Origin: a virus
Lineage: Duplodnaviria > Caudoviricetes
DNA: 46,895 nt
Virus record (IMG/VR): IMGVR_UViG_3300048599_000916
Location: 1 to 46,895 of that record
Direction: 5' to 3' (one strand)
Positions 17,431 to 26,566 of the stretch are shown here, in pieces; within the stretch, counting starts at the first letter, position 1, and the number at the start of each line of letters is the position of its first letter. A program made the position numbers and the translations under genes. Below the pieces are notes generated by a model. That model ran no database searches. It was not told where the DNA came from and saw nothing but the letters and a program-made list of their open reading frames with translations.

Positions 17431-17917
17431 AAACGATAAGATTGACACGGTGTTATTGTTATTGACGCAGGGTGCAGCGATTGAAAAAGTCAAAACATAC
17501 TGCATCAATACTTTGAGAATGTCAGACGATGACGCAGCTACTACGATAAGCGAAGCAAGAAAAAAGCTAACACTTGCCGCCGATTATGTCAGGGATGAAC
17601 AATTAGGAACGGCAATAACGCGCTTTAATGATTTATATTCTAAGGCAATCAGTGAGCGAGATTTCAAAACTGCTTTGCAGGCCCAGGACAAATTATGCAA
17701 ATTGATGGGCTTATTTAATTCAAATAAAGACAACAATGGAAATGACAACGATGATTCAGCACGGAGGCTTGAATTAATAGAGCAATATATTTTGCCGCTC
17801 AAGCTAACGAGTGAGAATTATCCAGTTGAGGAACATGTAAGAGTTGCGGCGGAATACCTTAGAAAAAACAAGCTCGGCGGAGTATTCAAACAACAAAGCC
17901 AGAGCGCGGGCGCGTAG
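17417..17917 (+). CDS. Probable terminase small subunit
   Basis: Helical 166-aa protein directly before and overlapping terL. Confidence 0.6.
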   Translation: MAEPKNDKIDTVLLLLTQGAAIEKVKTYCINTLRMSDDDAATTISEARKKLTLAADYVRDEQLGTAITRFNDLYSKAISERDFKTALQAQDKLCKLMGLFNSNKDNNGNDNDDSARRLELIEQYILPLKLTSENYPVEEHVRVAAEYLRKNKLGGVFKQQSQSAGA

Positions 17918-19940
17918 CGCTCGAATAACTCTTGAAGGTCAAGACATAGCCCCGATACCTTTGCCAGAGGATTTGGCAAGGCGTGCGCGTGCAGATGATG
18001 ACTTTCAATTTTATTGTGAGACATATTACCCGCAATTATTTACACTTGAATGGTCACAAGACCACCTGCGAGTAATAAAAAAAATTGAGAGAGTTGTTAA
18101 ATATAACGAAACTCTTGCAATTGCTATGCCCAGAGGAAGCGGCAAAACTTCATTTTGCATTGTTGCAGTTATCTGGGCCTTGCTTTCAGGCCGTCACAAA
18201 TTTGTTTTGCTTATAGCTTCAAGTGATGATGCAGCAAAAACACTTCTGGAAAATATCAAAAACCAATTACAGAGCAATGATATGCTTTTGCGGGATTACC
18301 CAGAAGCGATATACCCGATAAGAAAATTGGAAGGTGAAAGCAGGAAGTGCGTAGGTCAAAAAAATTACGGCATCCCTACTGAAATTACGTGGGGCAAAGA
18401 CGAAGTTGTATTTCCTAACATTTCAGGCAGCGTTTCAGCCGGTGCATTAATAAGAGTTTCTGGATTGACCGGAAATTTTAGAGGCTCAATGCACGTTATG
18501 CCAAACGGCGAAGCTGTAAGGCCCAGCCTTGTTATTTGTGATGACCCGCAAACAGACGCAAGCGCTCGCTCTGCAATTCAAACACAAGAACGCCTTGCAA
18601 TTATCAACGGCGCTGTCGTTGGTCTGGCTGGCCCTGCACAAAAGACCGCCATAATTATTCCCTGTACAGTTATTCGGCAGGGAGACCTTGCAGACCAATT
18701 ACTTGATAGAAATAAATATCCAGCTTGGCACGGCGAACGAACAAAGCTGGTTTATAGTTGGCCCACGAATCAAAAACTATGGCACGAATACCAGCAAATT
18801 AGAGATGCCTCCTTGCGTAACGATGGTGATGCGCAGGAAGCGAATGACTTCTACAGTTTTCACCGTGAGGCAATGGATGAAGGCTCTCAAGTTGCATGGC
18901 CGCAAAGATATGCGCAAAACGAATTGAGCGCAATCCAGCACGCCATGAATTTAAAATATGACAGAGGCGAATCGATGTTTGCGAGCGAATATCAAAACGA
19001 GCCTTTAGTTGATAATGAGCTTGCAGAGTCTTTGACTTTGGATCAGTTTGCATCGAAAGCAAACGGGCGTGAACGTGGCATAGTCCCTATGCAGGCAACG
19101 AAGCTCACGGCATTTATTGATGTACATGATACTTTACTGTATTGGATGATATGCGCTTGGCAAGATGATTTTACAGGTTATGTTATTGATTATGGCACTT
19201 ATCCAGAGCAACACCGCCACTATTTTACTTTGCTTTCTGCGAATAGAACATTGTCAACGGTTTACCCGCACGCGGGCGTTGACGGTGCAATACAAGAAGG
19301 TTTAACGCATCTGGTTACGTCTTTACTCGCAAGAGATTTCAAACGTGGCGAAGGTCTTATTAGAATCGACAGGCTTTTGGTTGATATGGGCTATAAGCCG
19401 GAAATTGTTGCAGCAGTAAAGTTTAAATCTGGCGGCTCTACGATGATGCTTTCAAAAGGTTTAGGATTGAAAGCTGGCAACAAACCTATTGCATCTTACG
19501 AACGCCGCCCGGGCTGGCAGTTTGGTCATAATTGGTATATTCCTAATGTAAGTAAAACGCGGGAATTTCCACACGTAACCTTTGATACAAATTATTGGAA
19601 GTCTCTTTGTCATACAGGATTAAAGACGACAGCCGGTGACGCTGGCAGCATAAGCATTTTTGGAAAAGCAACGAATCACGATTTAGTAGCAGACCATATT
19701 GTCAACTCTGAAACGTGGACACTTACACACGGACAGGGCCGCGATGTCAGAGAATGGAAGGTAAAACCAAATAGGCCGGACAATCACTGGTTAGATTGTT
19801 TCGTTGGTTGCTCTGTTGCGGCTTCCATACTCGGTGCAAAAGTAAAAGGTCAGGAGACTTTAAAGAAAAAGGGCGGAGGCGGTCAGCGTTTAAGTTTGGC
19901 AGCATTACAGGCAGAAAGGAGGGCGGGAAATGGTAGATGA
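17844..19940 (+). CDS. terL: Terminase large subunit (lambda gpA-like C-terminal nuclease)
   Basis: AMPRGSGKT, VICDDPQT, TAFIDV, DNHWLDC; TTG start. Confidence 0.93.
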   Translation: MRRNTLEKTSSAEYSNNKARARARSARITLEGQDIAPIPLPEDLARRARADDDFQFYCETYYPQLFTLEWSQDHLRVIKKIERVVKYNETLAIAMPRGSGKTSFCIVAVIWALLSGRHKFVLLIASSDDAAKTLLENIKNQLQSNDMLLRDYPEAIYPIRKLEGESRKCVGQKNYGIPTEITWGKDEVVFPNISGSVSAGALIRVSGLTGNFRGSMHVMPNGEAVRPSLVICDDPQTDASARSAIQTQERLAIINGAVVGLAGPAQKTAIIIPCTVIRQGDLADQLLDRNKYPAWHGERTKLVYSWPTNQKLWHEYQQIRDASLRNDGDAQEANDFYSFHREAMDEGSQVAWPQRYAQNELSAIQHAMNLKYDRGESMFASEYQNEPLVDNELAESLTLDQFASKANGRERGIVPMQATKLTAFIDVHDTLLYWMICAWQDDFTGYVIDYGTYPEQHRHYFTLLSANRTLSTVYPHAGVDGAIQEGLTHLVTSLLARDFKRGEGLIRIDRLLVDMGYKPEIVAAVKFKSGGSTMMLSKGLGLKAGNKPIASYERRPGWQFGHNWYIPNVSKTREFPHVTFDTNYWKSLCHTGLKTTAGDAGSISIFGKATNHDLVADHIVNSETWTLTHGQGRDVREWKVKPNRPDNHWLDCFVGCSVAASILGAKVKGQETLKKKGGGGQRLSLAALQAERRAGNGR

Positions 19941-20106
19941 CAACGAAAAAGAATCAATAGGTTTAGAGTGCAAGAATTGTGGTTGTCGTCATTTTTATGT
20001 TGATGGAACCCGTCAAGCAAAAAACCAAATCATTCGTTACCGTATTTGCAGAAATTGCGGAAAGCGACATACTTCTATCGAAAGAATAGTATCAAGCGAA
20101 AAGTAA
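19930..20106 (+). CDS. 58-aa NrdR-N/Ogr-like zinc-ribbon regulator (absent from the ORF track)
   Basis: LECKNCG..TRQ..IIRYRICRNCGKRHTSIE; GGAGG RBS. Confidence 0.75.
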   Translation: MVDDNEKESIGLECKNCGCRHFYVDGTRQAKNQIIRYRICRNCGKRHTSIERIVSSEK

Positions 20107-20108
20107 AG

Positions 20109-20190
20109 TTTCCATATATGGAAAGAATCTAACTTGTTTGCTTAAAAATGCTACATAATGCTTGACTTTGTTAGGATGTTTATTCAAATG
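20109..20190 (+). promoter_or_regulatory. Head-operon promoter region
   Basis: Perfect 16-bp palindrome TTTCCATATATGGAAA (20109-20124); TGCT at 20139, 20149, 20159; TTGACT at 20162; weak -10. Confidence 0.6.
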
Positions 20191-20196
20191 CCTAAT

Positions 20197-20388
20197 ATGG
20201 CAAATGAAATTGACATCTTGACGAACGCACAAGCACCTGCAAAGGTTACAACCGATGCGGGTTCAGTTGAGCAACATTCACTGCAAGACCAGATTGCGGC
20301 AGATAAATATTTAAAAAGTAGAGAAGCTGCAAGGTCAAGAGGTCTTGGATTCAAAACAGTTAAGTTAGCAGCATCGGGGGCGGCATAA
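20197..20388 (+). CDS. gpW-like head-tail joining protein
   Basis: Small ORF before the portal; PAKVTTDAGSVEQHSLQDQIAADKY. Confidence 0.65.
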   Translation: MANEIDILTNAQAPAKVTTDAGSVEQHSLQDQIAADKYLKSREAARSRGLGFKTVKLAASGAA

Positions 20389-21848
20389 TGTTTGGATTCT
20401 TAAAGAAAAGAAAAAATCCTCAAGTTTCCTCGCTAACAAACGCTTTGCGCGTCCCTGTACGCGCCCGCTATGATGCGGCCCAGACAAGCCCAGATAATGC
20501 AAAGCATTGGAGCTTGGCGGATTCCTTAAGTGCTGATGCTGCTGCAAGTCCAAACGTTCGAGACGTCATCAGAAAACGCGCAAGGTATGAAGTGTCAAAC
20601 AATTCCTACGCAAAAGGCATTGTTTTGACCCTTGCTAACGATTGCGTTGGCACCGGCCCACGTCTTCAAATGCAAACTGGCAATGATTTAGTCAATGACG
20701 CAATAGAAACATTGTTTATGGAATGGGCTGAAGAAATCGGCCTTGCTGAAAAACTCCTCACGGCTCGAACGGCTAAAGTTACCGATGGGGAAGCAATTTT
20801 GCTTTTAGTTCGCAATGACGCTCTTAAGTCGCCGGTCAAGTTAGATGTTCAATTGGTAGAGCCTGAACAATTAACAACGCCGTGGGAAAAAATACAGCTT
20901 GCGCAAGGCCAGATGATTCAGGTTGACGGCATCGAGTTTGATGAGTGGGGCAATCCTAGTCAATATTACATTTTAGACCAGCATCCATGCGGCACAAGCG
21001 TGCAGCGAATGTTTGAATATAAAACTTATAAGCCTAATTCTGTTTGTCATTGGTTTAGAGCAGACAGGGCCGGACAACATAGAGGCGTGTCAGAAATTAC
21101 CCCTGCATTGCCTTTGTTCGCAAATCTTCGCAGGTATGCTTTAGCCGTAATTGCGGCAGCAGAAACGGCAGCAGATTATGCCGCGGTTATCTATACCGAT
21201 ATTCCAGCAGGCGGGGAAGCCTCTGAAGTAAAACCGATGGAAGTTGTAGAACTCGAAAAGCGGAGCGCAACGGTTTTACCTGACGGCTGGAAGCTCGGAC
21301 AGGTTGACGCAATGCAGCCTACTACCACTTATTCAGACTACGTAAAAGCCGTTTTAAACGAAATAGCACGATGTTTAAATATGCCTTATAACGTGGCTGC
21401 CTGCAATTCGTCAATGTACAATTATGCAAGCGGCAGATTAGATCATCAAACATATTTCAAGTCAATTCGAGTCGAACAGAAAGGCTGTGAGCGTGTAATT
21501 CTTAATCCTATTTTCCGCGCTTGGCTTGATAGAGCAATTCTCATAAGTGACTATTTACCAATTCAGGCAAGAGCTTTGAAGTCTTACGCTCACCAATGGT
21601 TTTGGGATGGACGTGAACATATTGACCCCGCCAAAGAAGCAGCAGCGCAGGCCCAAAGGCTCACAAGCAATACAACTACACTTGCGGAGGAGTATGCAAA
21701 AGCCGGTAAAGATTGGCAAAAGGAATTGGATCAACGCGCAAAAGAAAAAGCCTACATGAAAAAAATCGGCCTGACAGAAAACGAAGCCATGCCGGTTCCG
21801 AATACGAAGTCAAATAAAAACGAAAAGGACGAAGAAAATGCCGAATAA
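20388..21848 (+). CDS. Portal protein, lambda family
   Basis: RKRARYEVSNNSYAKG, GQHRGV, NYASGRLD, IDPAKEA. Confidence 0.93.
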   Translation: MFGFLKKRKNPQVSSLTNALRVPVRARYDAAQTSPDNAKHWSLADSLSADAAASPNVRDVIRKRARYEVSNNSYAKGIVLTLANDCVGTGPRLQMQTGNDLVNDAIETLFMEWAEEIGLAEKLLTARTAKVTDGEAILLLVRNDALKSPVKLDVQLVEPEQLTTPWEKIQLAQGQMIQVDGIEFDEWGNPSQYYILDQHPCGTSVQRMFEYKTYKPNSVCHWFRADRAGQHRGVSEITPALPLFANLRRYALAVIAAAETAADYAAVIYTDIPAGGEASEVKPMEVVELEKRSATVLPDGWKLGQVDAMQPTTTYSDYVKAVLNEIARCLNMPYNVAACNSSMYNYASGRLDHQTYFKSIRVEQKGCERVILNPIFRAWLDRAILISDYLPIQARALKSYAHQWFWDGREHIDPAKEAAAQAQRLTSNTTTLAEEYAKAGKDWQKELDQRAKEKAYMKKIGLTENEAMPVPNTKSNKNEKDEENAE

Positions 21849-23778
21849 AGTCAAAACAATTCAATTTGAATGGGGCGAAACTTCAGCCCTTGAAATAACA
21901 GCAGCAGCAAAAGCTGAAGATACACAGAAAAACAGACGCTTTTCTATGTCTGCTTATAATGGCGGATTGATGAGGTTAAGCGGTTGGAGTATTCCTGTTT
22001 GTGTTGACCTTAAAGGGATGAAAATCACACAGCAGAGCAAGCCAATATTTTTTGGTCACGAGCAAAGCATAGATAGTCTTATCGGCCAAACCGACAAAAT
22101 CAAAATAACCAGCGGTGCTTTGTTCGCAGAGGGTGATGTTATTGGTGTATCAGATAAGTGCAAGCAGGTAATTGCTTTGAACGATGCTGGTTACAAATGG
22201 CAGGCAAGTATAGGCGCAGGCGTGGAGCAGGCAGAGCTACTCGCAGAAAACGAAAAGGCCAAAGTAAACGGCCAAGAAATCTTAGGCCCTTGCTATATCG
22301 TTCGTTCATCAATTCTTGGAGAAATAAGTTTTGTGATGCTTGGAGCGGATGAGAGTACATCTGCGAGCATAGCGGCTGAAGCCGAAATTAATAACCTTTT
22401 AATTAATAAGGAGGCAATTATGCCTGACGTACCAGAAAACAAAGTTGAGGCTAAATCCTCACAGGCCGCGCCGGATGCTCTCACTGACATTACGGCAAAA
22501 GCTGCGGCAGAACATCAGAGAATCAGCGACATTGAAAAGATTGAAGGTATAAGCCATGAAATCGCTGCAAAGGCAATTACAGAAAAATGGACTATTGATG
22601 CAACAAAACTGCACGTCCTTCAGGCTAATACTCCGAAGGCCCCGGCAGTTCACACCGAGAAGCGTTTAAATTCTTCGGTTGTTGAAGTTGCAGCCCTGTT
22701 AAGCGCAAAGGCCGATGAGAAAATGATTCTGAAAGCCTACGGCGAACAGACCGTAAATGAAGCAGGCAAATATCACAAGGTCGGCATTATTGACCTGTTC
22801 AGACTTGCGGCAAAGTCAGAGGGTGTAGAATTACCTTTGATGATGTCAGATAAAAATGCTTTCATTCGTGCAGCATTTTCAACCGTTTCATTGCCAAACA
22901 TTTTGAGCAATGTAGCAAATAAAATCCTGCTTGATGCTTATCTCGGTCAGGAAAATTCGTGGCGCAAAATCGTTAAGGTTGCTAGCGTTAATGACTTCAA
23001 AACTCATTCACGTTATCGCTTGACGGACAATCTTACCTTCCAGAAAGTCGGCGCTGACGGCGAATTGAAACACGGTAAACTTGGCGAGCAGGTTTACACA
23101 CAGAAAGCCGATACATCGGGCATCATGTTTAGCATGAATCGTCAGACCATCATCAATGACGATTTGGACGCCTTCGCAGACATTCCGAAGATGCTCGGTA
23201 TCGGTGCAGCGGATGCAATTTCCGATGCAATCTGGGGCCTCATCATGTCGAACCCGGGCAGCATGTACACAGCTACTCCGACAGGTTATCAGGCAAATTA
23301 TAAAGCTGGCGCAGATACGGCTTTGACAATTGCAGGCTTGACCGCGGCAGATTTGTTATTCCGTAACCAGCAGAAACCGAACGGGAAACCGCTGGGCATT
23401 GCACCAAAATATTTGGTTGTCCCGAATGCTCTGGCAGTTACCGCAAAGCTGCTTATGTCCAGCTTAAAAGTCAATGAGTCACCGAGTACACCGCAGCCGC
23501 AGGACAATCCGTGGGCAGGCGCATACGAAATCGTTGTAAGTTCGTGGCTCGGAAATACCACAATCACCGGCAACAGTGCAACAGCGTGGTATCTGTTCGC
23601 AGACCCGAATAGACTTGCATCGTTCGAGATTGCTTTCCTTAACGGAAATGAAAATCCGACAATCGAGTCGGCAGATGCAGACTTTAACCAGCTTGGCATC
23701 CAGTTCAGAGGCTATATTGATTTCGGTGTTGCAGCACAAGACCCGAGAGCAAGCGTGAAGATGAAAGGCGTTGCATAA
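21838..23778 (+). CDS. Prohead protease-scaffold-major capsid fusion (Mu gpT-like capsid)
   Basis: Protease motifs PIFFGH, WQASIG, EISFV..GAD; capsid motifs IINDDL, PKYLVVP, IEIAFL-like FEIAFLNG, IDFGV. Confidence 0.88.
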   Translation: MPNKVKTIQFEWGETSALEITAAAKAEDTQKNRRFSMSAYNGGLMRLSGWSIPVCVDLKGMKITQQSKPIFFGHEQSIDSLIGQTDKIKITSGALFAEGDVIGVSDKCKQVIALNDAGYKWQASIGAGVEQAELLAENEKAKVNGQEILGPCYIVRSSILGEISFVMLGADESTSASIAAEAEINNLLINKEAIMPDVPENKVEAKSSQAAPDALTDITAKAAAEHQRISDIEKIEGISHEIAAKAITEKWTIDATKLHVLQANTPKAPAVHTEKRLNSSVVEVAALLSAKADEKMILKAYGEQTVNEAGKYHKVGIIDLFRLAAKSEGVELPLMMSDKNAFIRAAFSTVSLPNILSNVANKILLDAYLGQENSWRKIVKVASVNDFKTHSRYRLTDNLTFQKVGADGELKHGKLGEQVYTQKADTSGIMFSMNRQTIINDDLDAFADIPKMLGIGAADAISDAIWGLIMSNPGSMYTATPTGYQANYKAGADTALTIAGLTAADLLFRNQQKPNGKPLGIAPKYLVVPNALAVTAKLLMSSLKVNESPSTPQPQDNPWAGAYEIVVSSWLGNTTITGNSATAWYLFADPNRLASFEIAFLNGNENPTIESADADFNQLGIQFRGYIDFGVAAQDPRASVKMKGVA

Positions 23779-23800
23779 GCAGTGTCCTGATTGACGTTAT

Positions 23801-23832
23801 CCGGCCTCACTTCAAAACGTGGGGCCGGTTTT
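23801..23832 (+). terminator. Terminator after the capsid gene
   Basis: CCGGCCTCAC / GTGGGGCCGG plus TTTT. Confidence 0.75.
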
Positions 23833-23872
23833 AAAAAGTAAATGATTTTTCAAATTAATTGGAGAAATACAA

Positions 23873-24601
23873 ATGGTAGATTTTTATTGTGATGGCAAAT
23901 CCATTGATTATACGCCTTCCGTAGCTGTTGCAGGCGGAACGGTAGTCATAATTGGTGGTATGGTTTGTGTTGCAAAATCTGACATTGCAGCAGGTGCTTT
24001 AGGCGCTCTTGCAAATGTTGGAGTTTTTGCATTTCCAAAGAAAGATGAAGCCTTTGTCGCTGGCCTGCCTGTCTTTTTTGATATAGACGGAGACCCGAAA
24101 GGCGGGACAGCGGGCAGCGGAGCCGCTACACAGCTTTGCAGCGATGCACAGGCCGCAGGCGATTATCCCGTTGGCACTTGTGTTATTGGCGCAGCAGCGG
24201 CAGATACGGTTGCTTATATAGCAATCAATAAGTTCAATCCCAAAATGCCTACTCTGTCAAGAATCAAGAAAACTGCAAATGCAAACGCAATAGCCGGTGA
24301 AAATGGCGTATGCTACGAAGTCACAGCAGATGCAGCTTGCATAACCTTGCCAGCAACAGTGGTTGGTCTTGAGTTTACAGTCATGAACATGGCAGCCGAT
24401 GGTGCAGCCGGTATTGACGTAGATTTTCAGGCAGCCGACAAAAATATCGGCGGTTGTGGTTTTGCTGCTGGCGGCGATGGCAAGAAGTTGACCAATACCA
24501 AAGCAACAGCAAAGAAAGGCGATTACATCAAATTTGTTGCTGATGGCGCAGACGGTTATCGAATAGCCGCAATTCGTGGTATCTGGGCACAAGAAGCCTA
24601 A
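23873..24601 (+). CDS. DUF2190-like capsid cement/decoration protein with a C-terminal extension
   Basis: DGKSIDYTP..GALANVGVFAFPK; follows the capsid gene. Confidence 0.75.
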   Translation: MVDFYCDGKSIDYTPSVAVAGGTVVIIGGMVCVAKSDIAAGALGALANVGVFAFPKKDEAFVAGLPVFFDIDGDPKGGTAGSGAATQLCSDAQAAGDYPVGTCVIGAAAADTVAYIAINKFNPKMPTLSRIKKTANANAIAGENGVCYEVTADAACITLPATVVGLEFTVMNMAADGAAGIDVDFQAADKNIGGCGFAAGGDGKKLTNTKATAKKGDYIKFVADGADGYRIAAIRGIWAQEA

Positions 24602-24701
24602 TTGTTTTCCTAAACAATTTTTGATTCCTTTCTGTTGAGTGAGTTGGCCGGTTAGGTTCAGGCTTGACCGGCTAACTCGATATAAGTGTACCGGAGGCAC
24701 A

Positions 24702-25073
24702 ATGACAAATCTGTTGAAAAAAGGAGTTGAGTTTCTTGCAAACGCTTTGAAGGCAAACGCTTCAGATGACGTAACCTATGCAAGAGGCTCAAACAGTGTT
24801 GAGCTAAAAGCTACACTTGGAAAAACTCCTATTCAAGTTCAATCAGATTCCGGCGTTCAAGTCGCAGGTGAAATTATTGATTTCGTTTTCCTTGCTGAAG
24901 ATTTGATTCTTAACGGTTCTTTAACGGTTCCGCAGCACGGGGATAAAATTACAACTGACAGGGCAATTTACGAAGTTAATCACTTAGGTGTTGAGTCATG
25001 CTGGAAGTATTGTGACCCATACGGAAAAAATATCAGACTGCATTGCAAACAAGTTGGTTCATTAGAGGCATAA
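24702..25073 (+). CDS. Head-tail connector/closure protein
   Basis: Position; VTYARG..PQHGDKI..IRLHCK. Confidence 0.65.
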   Translation: MTNLLKKGVEFLANALKANASDDVTYARGSNSVELKATLGKTPIQVQSDSGVQVAGEIIDFVFLAEDLILNGSLTVPQHGDKITTDRAIYEVNHLGVESCWKYCDPYGKNIRLHCKQVGSLEA

Positions 25074-25078
25074 GATTT

Positions 25079-25429
25079 ATGGCAATAGGCGGAAAAATAT
25101 TAATATCAAGCGTACCATTTTTAGCACTGGCCGAAACGAGCAATCCTGTGGCAACGTCAAATGATGTCGTCACTATCGCAGACCAATTTATGAAATATGG
25201 AGAATTGGGCCTTTGCTTTGTTCTCGTTGCATATTTGATGTATAGCAATTGGTCACTTGTGCAATCACTAAATCGCCAGCTTAAAGAAAAGACTGACAGT
25301 GAGGAAAGAATGATTAATGCCTTGCAGACCTTTTGTGAGGTTTGCCGTGAGAGGCCGTGCCTTGCAAAATCAGGCGCGTTCAAATCAGATAACCCTAATA
25401 GTATTTTAAACGCAAAGGACGGGCAATAA
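25079..25429 (+). CDS. Membrane protein, holin-like
   Basis: TM segment YGELGLCFVLVAYLMY followed by a coiled coil. Confidence 0.45.
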   Translation: MAIGGKILISSVPFLALAETSNPVATSNDVVTIADQFMKYGELGLCFVLVAYLMYSNWSLVQSLNRQLKEKTDSEERMINALQTFCEVCRERPCLAKSGAFKSDNPNSILNAKDGQ

Positions 25430-25863
25430 TGGCGAATACCACTGCATTAAATCTTGCCGATGCCGTTGTTGATTCGCTCAAGACTTTAACTTATGGCGGC
25501 TCGCAATTGTCAGCGGTTCGCTCGCTGTTTCCTTTTTATGAATTGAAAGATTTATCGAATTTGAAAATTACGGTTGTTCCCAGAGAAGTGGAGATAAGCA
25601 ACTTTGACCGTGAAGCAAGTGCATTCGATTATGAAATAGATGTATCAGTGCAAAAGGCTGTTGAATCGCCCGATGCTGAAGAAGTTGGAACCTTGATGGA
25701 TTTAGCAGAAACGATTGCTAAAAGTTTCCGCCGAAAAGTATATGCAAATCTTAATAATGCAGCGTGCTTCAAACAAAGCATAACTCTTTATTCGAGTGAG
25801 CATATTCAGGCCCCGTCAGTTTTTACAAGCATAGTGAAATTGAGTTTTAAAATTATCAAATAA
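25429..25863 (+). CDS. Tail terminator-like protein
   Basis: Position, 144 aa, alpha/beta pattern ending in a strand. Confidence 0.55.
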   Translation: MANTTALNLADAVVDSLKTLTYGGSQLSAVRSLFPFYELKDLSNLKITVVPREVEISNFDREASAFDYEIDVSVQKAVESPDAEEVGTLMDLAETIAKSFRRKVYANLNNAACFKQSITLYSSEHIQAPSVFTSIVKLSFKIIK

Positions 25864-25873
25864 GGAATCTGAA

Positions 25874-26080
25874 ATGGAAGAACAGGAACAATTACAAGAC
25901 GAAAATCCCAAAGCAACCTATGGATTTAGTAGAAAATCAAATGTTGCGATTGCGGCGATTGCTGGCCTTGCCGCCGTTCAACAATCAAAAATAGCAGTTA
26001 TCGCGATAGTCATCATTGCTTCGCTTACAATAATTAGCCAGCACGTACTGGATTGGTTCGATAAAGATGATTCTTATTAG
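25874..26080 (+). CDS. Small two-TM protein, holin candidate
   Basis: Two hydrophobic segments with charged termini. Confidence 0.45.
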   Translation: MEEQEQLQDENPKATYGFSRKSNVAIAAIAGLAAVQQSKIAVIAIVIIASLTIISQHVLDWFDKDDSY

Positions 26081-26092
26081 GGGATTTGTGAA

Positions 26093-26566
26093 ATGAAATA
26101 TTTATTAATTATTTTGATTTTAGTTTCGATTTGTTATTCCGCCGATGGAAATGACGTAAATTCTTTAAGTGCAGCCGTTGTTGCTATGAGGCAAGAATTA
26201 CCGCAGAAAGAAAAGGAACTCGCTGAAAAAGAATATCATGGAAATATTGAAGATATTACAGCCCAGCGGCTTCAAGATGTAAATGAAGTATATAAATACG
26301 CAAAAGACATGAATGACATAGCAATGCGAGCGTGCAAAAAAATGGGGATAAAAGTCGAAAGTGGGCAGGCGATTGCTAAAATTATCAATATCAAAAAACA
26401 AAAAAATGAACTTCGCAGAAATAATGCCGAAGTAATCAAATTTGTTGCTGAAGTAATCAAAGACCCTAATAATCTTCCTGAACCGAATGACCCAAATTAT
26501 GTTTCCGTGGTAGAGGAAAATAATAAGTTTTTGCTTCTTGTTATGGAGAGTTGTCAGCCGTGGTAA
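26093..26566 (+). CDS. Exported or membrane-anchored coiled-coil protein
   Basis: Signal-like MKYLLIILILVSICYSA. Confidence 0.65.
   Translation: MKYLLIILILVSICYSADGNDVNSLSAAVVAMRQELPQKEKELAEKEYHGNIEDITAQRLQDVNEVYKYAKDMNDIAMRACKKMGIKVESGQAIAKIINIKKQKNELRRNNAEVIKFVAEVIKDPNNLPEPNDPNYVSVVEENNKFLLLVMESCQPW

Noticed and set aside
17863-17869. A AAA AAC slippery heptamer in the terS/terL overlap
   Set aside because: terL is in the +1 frame relative to terS. A -1 shift enters a short closed frame, so the TTG start at 17844 is the simpler explanation.
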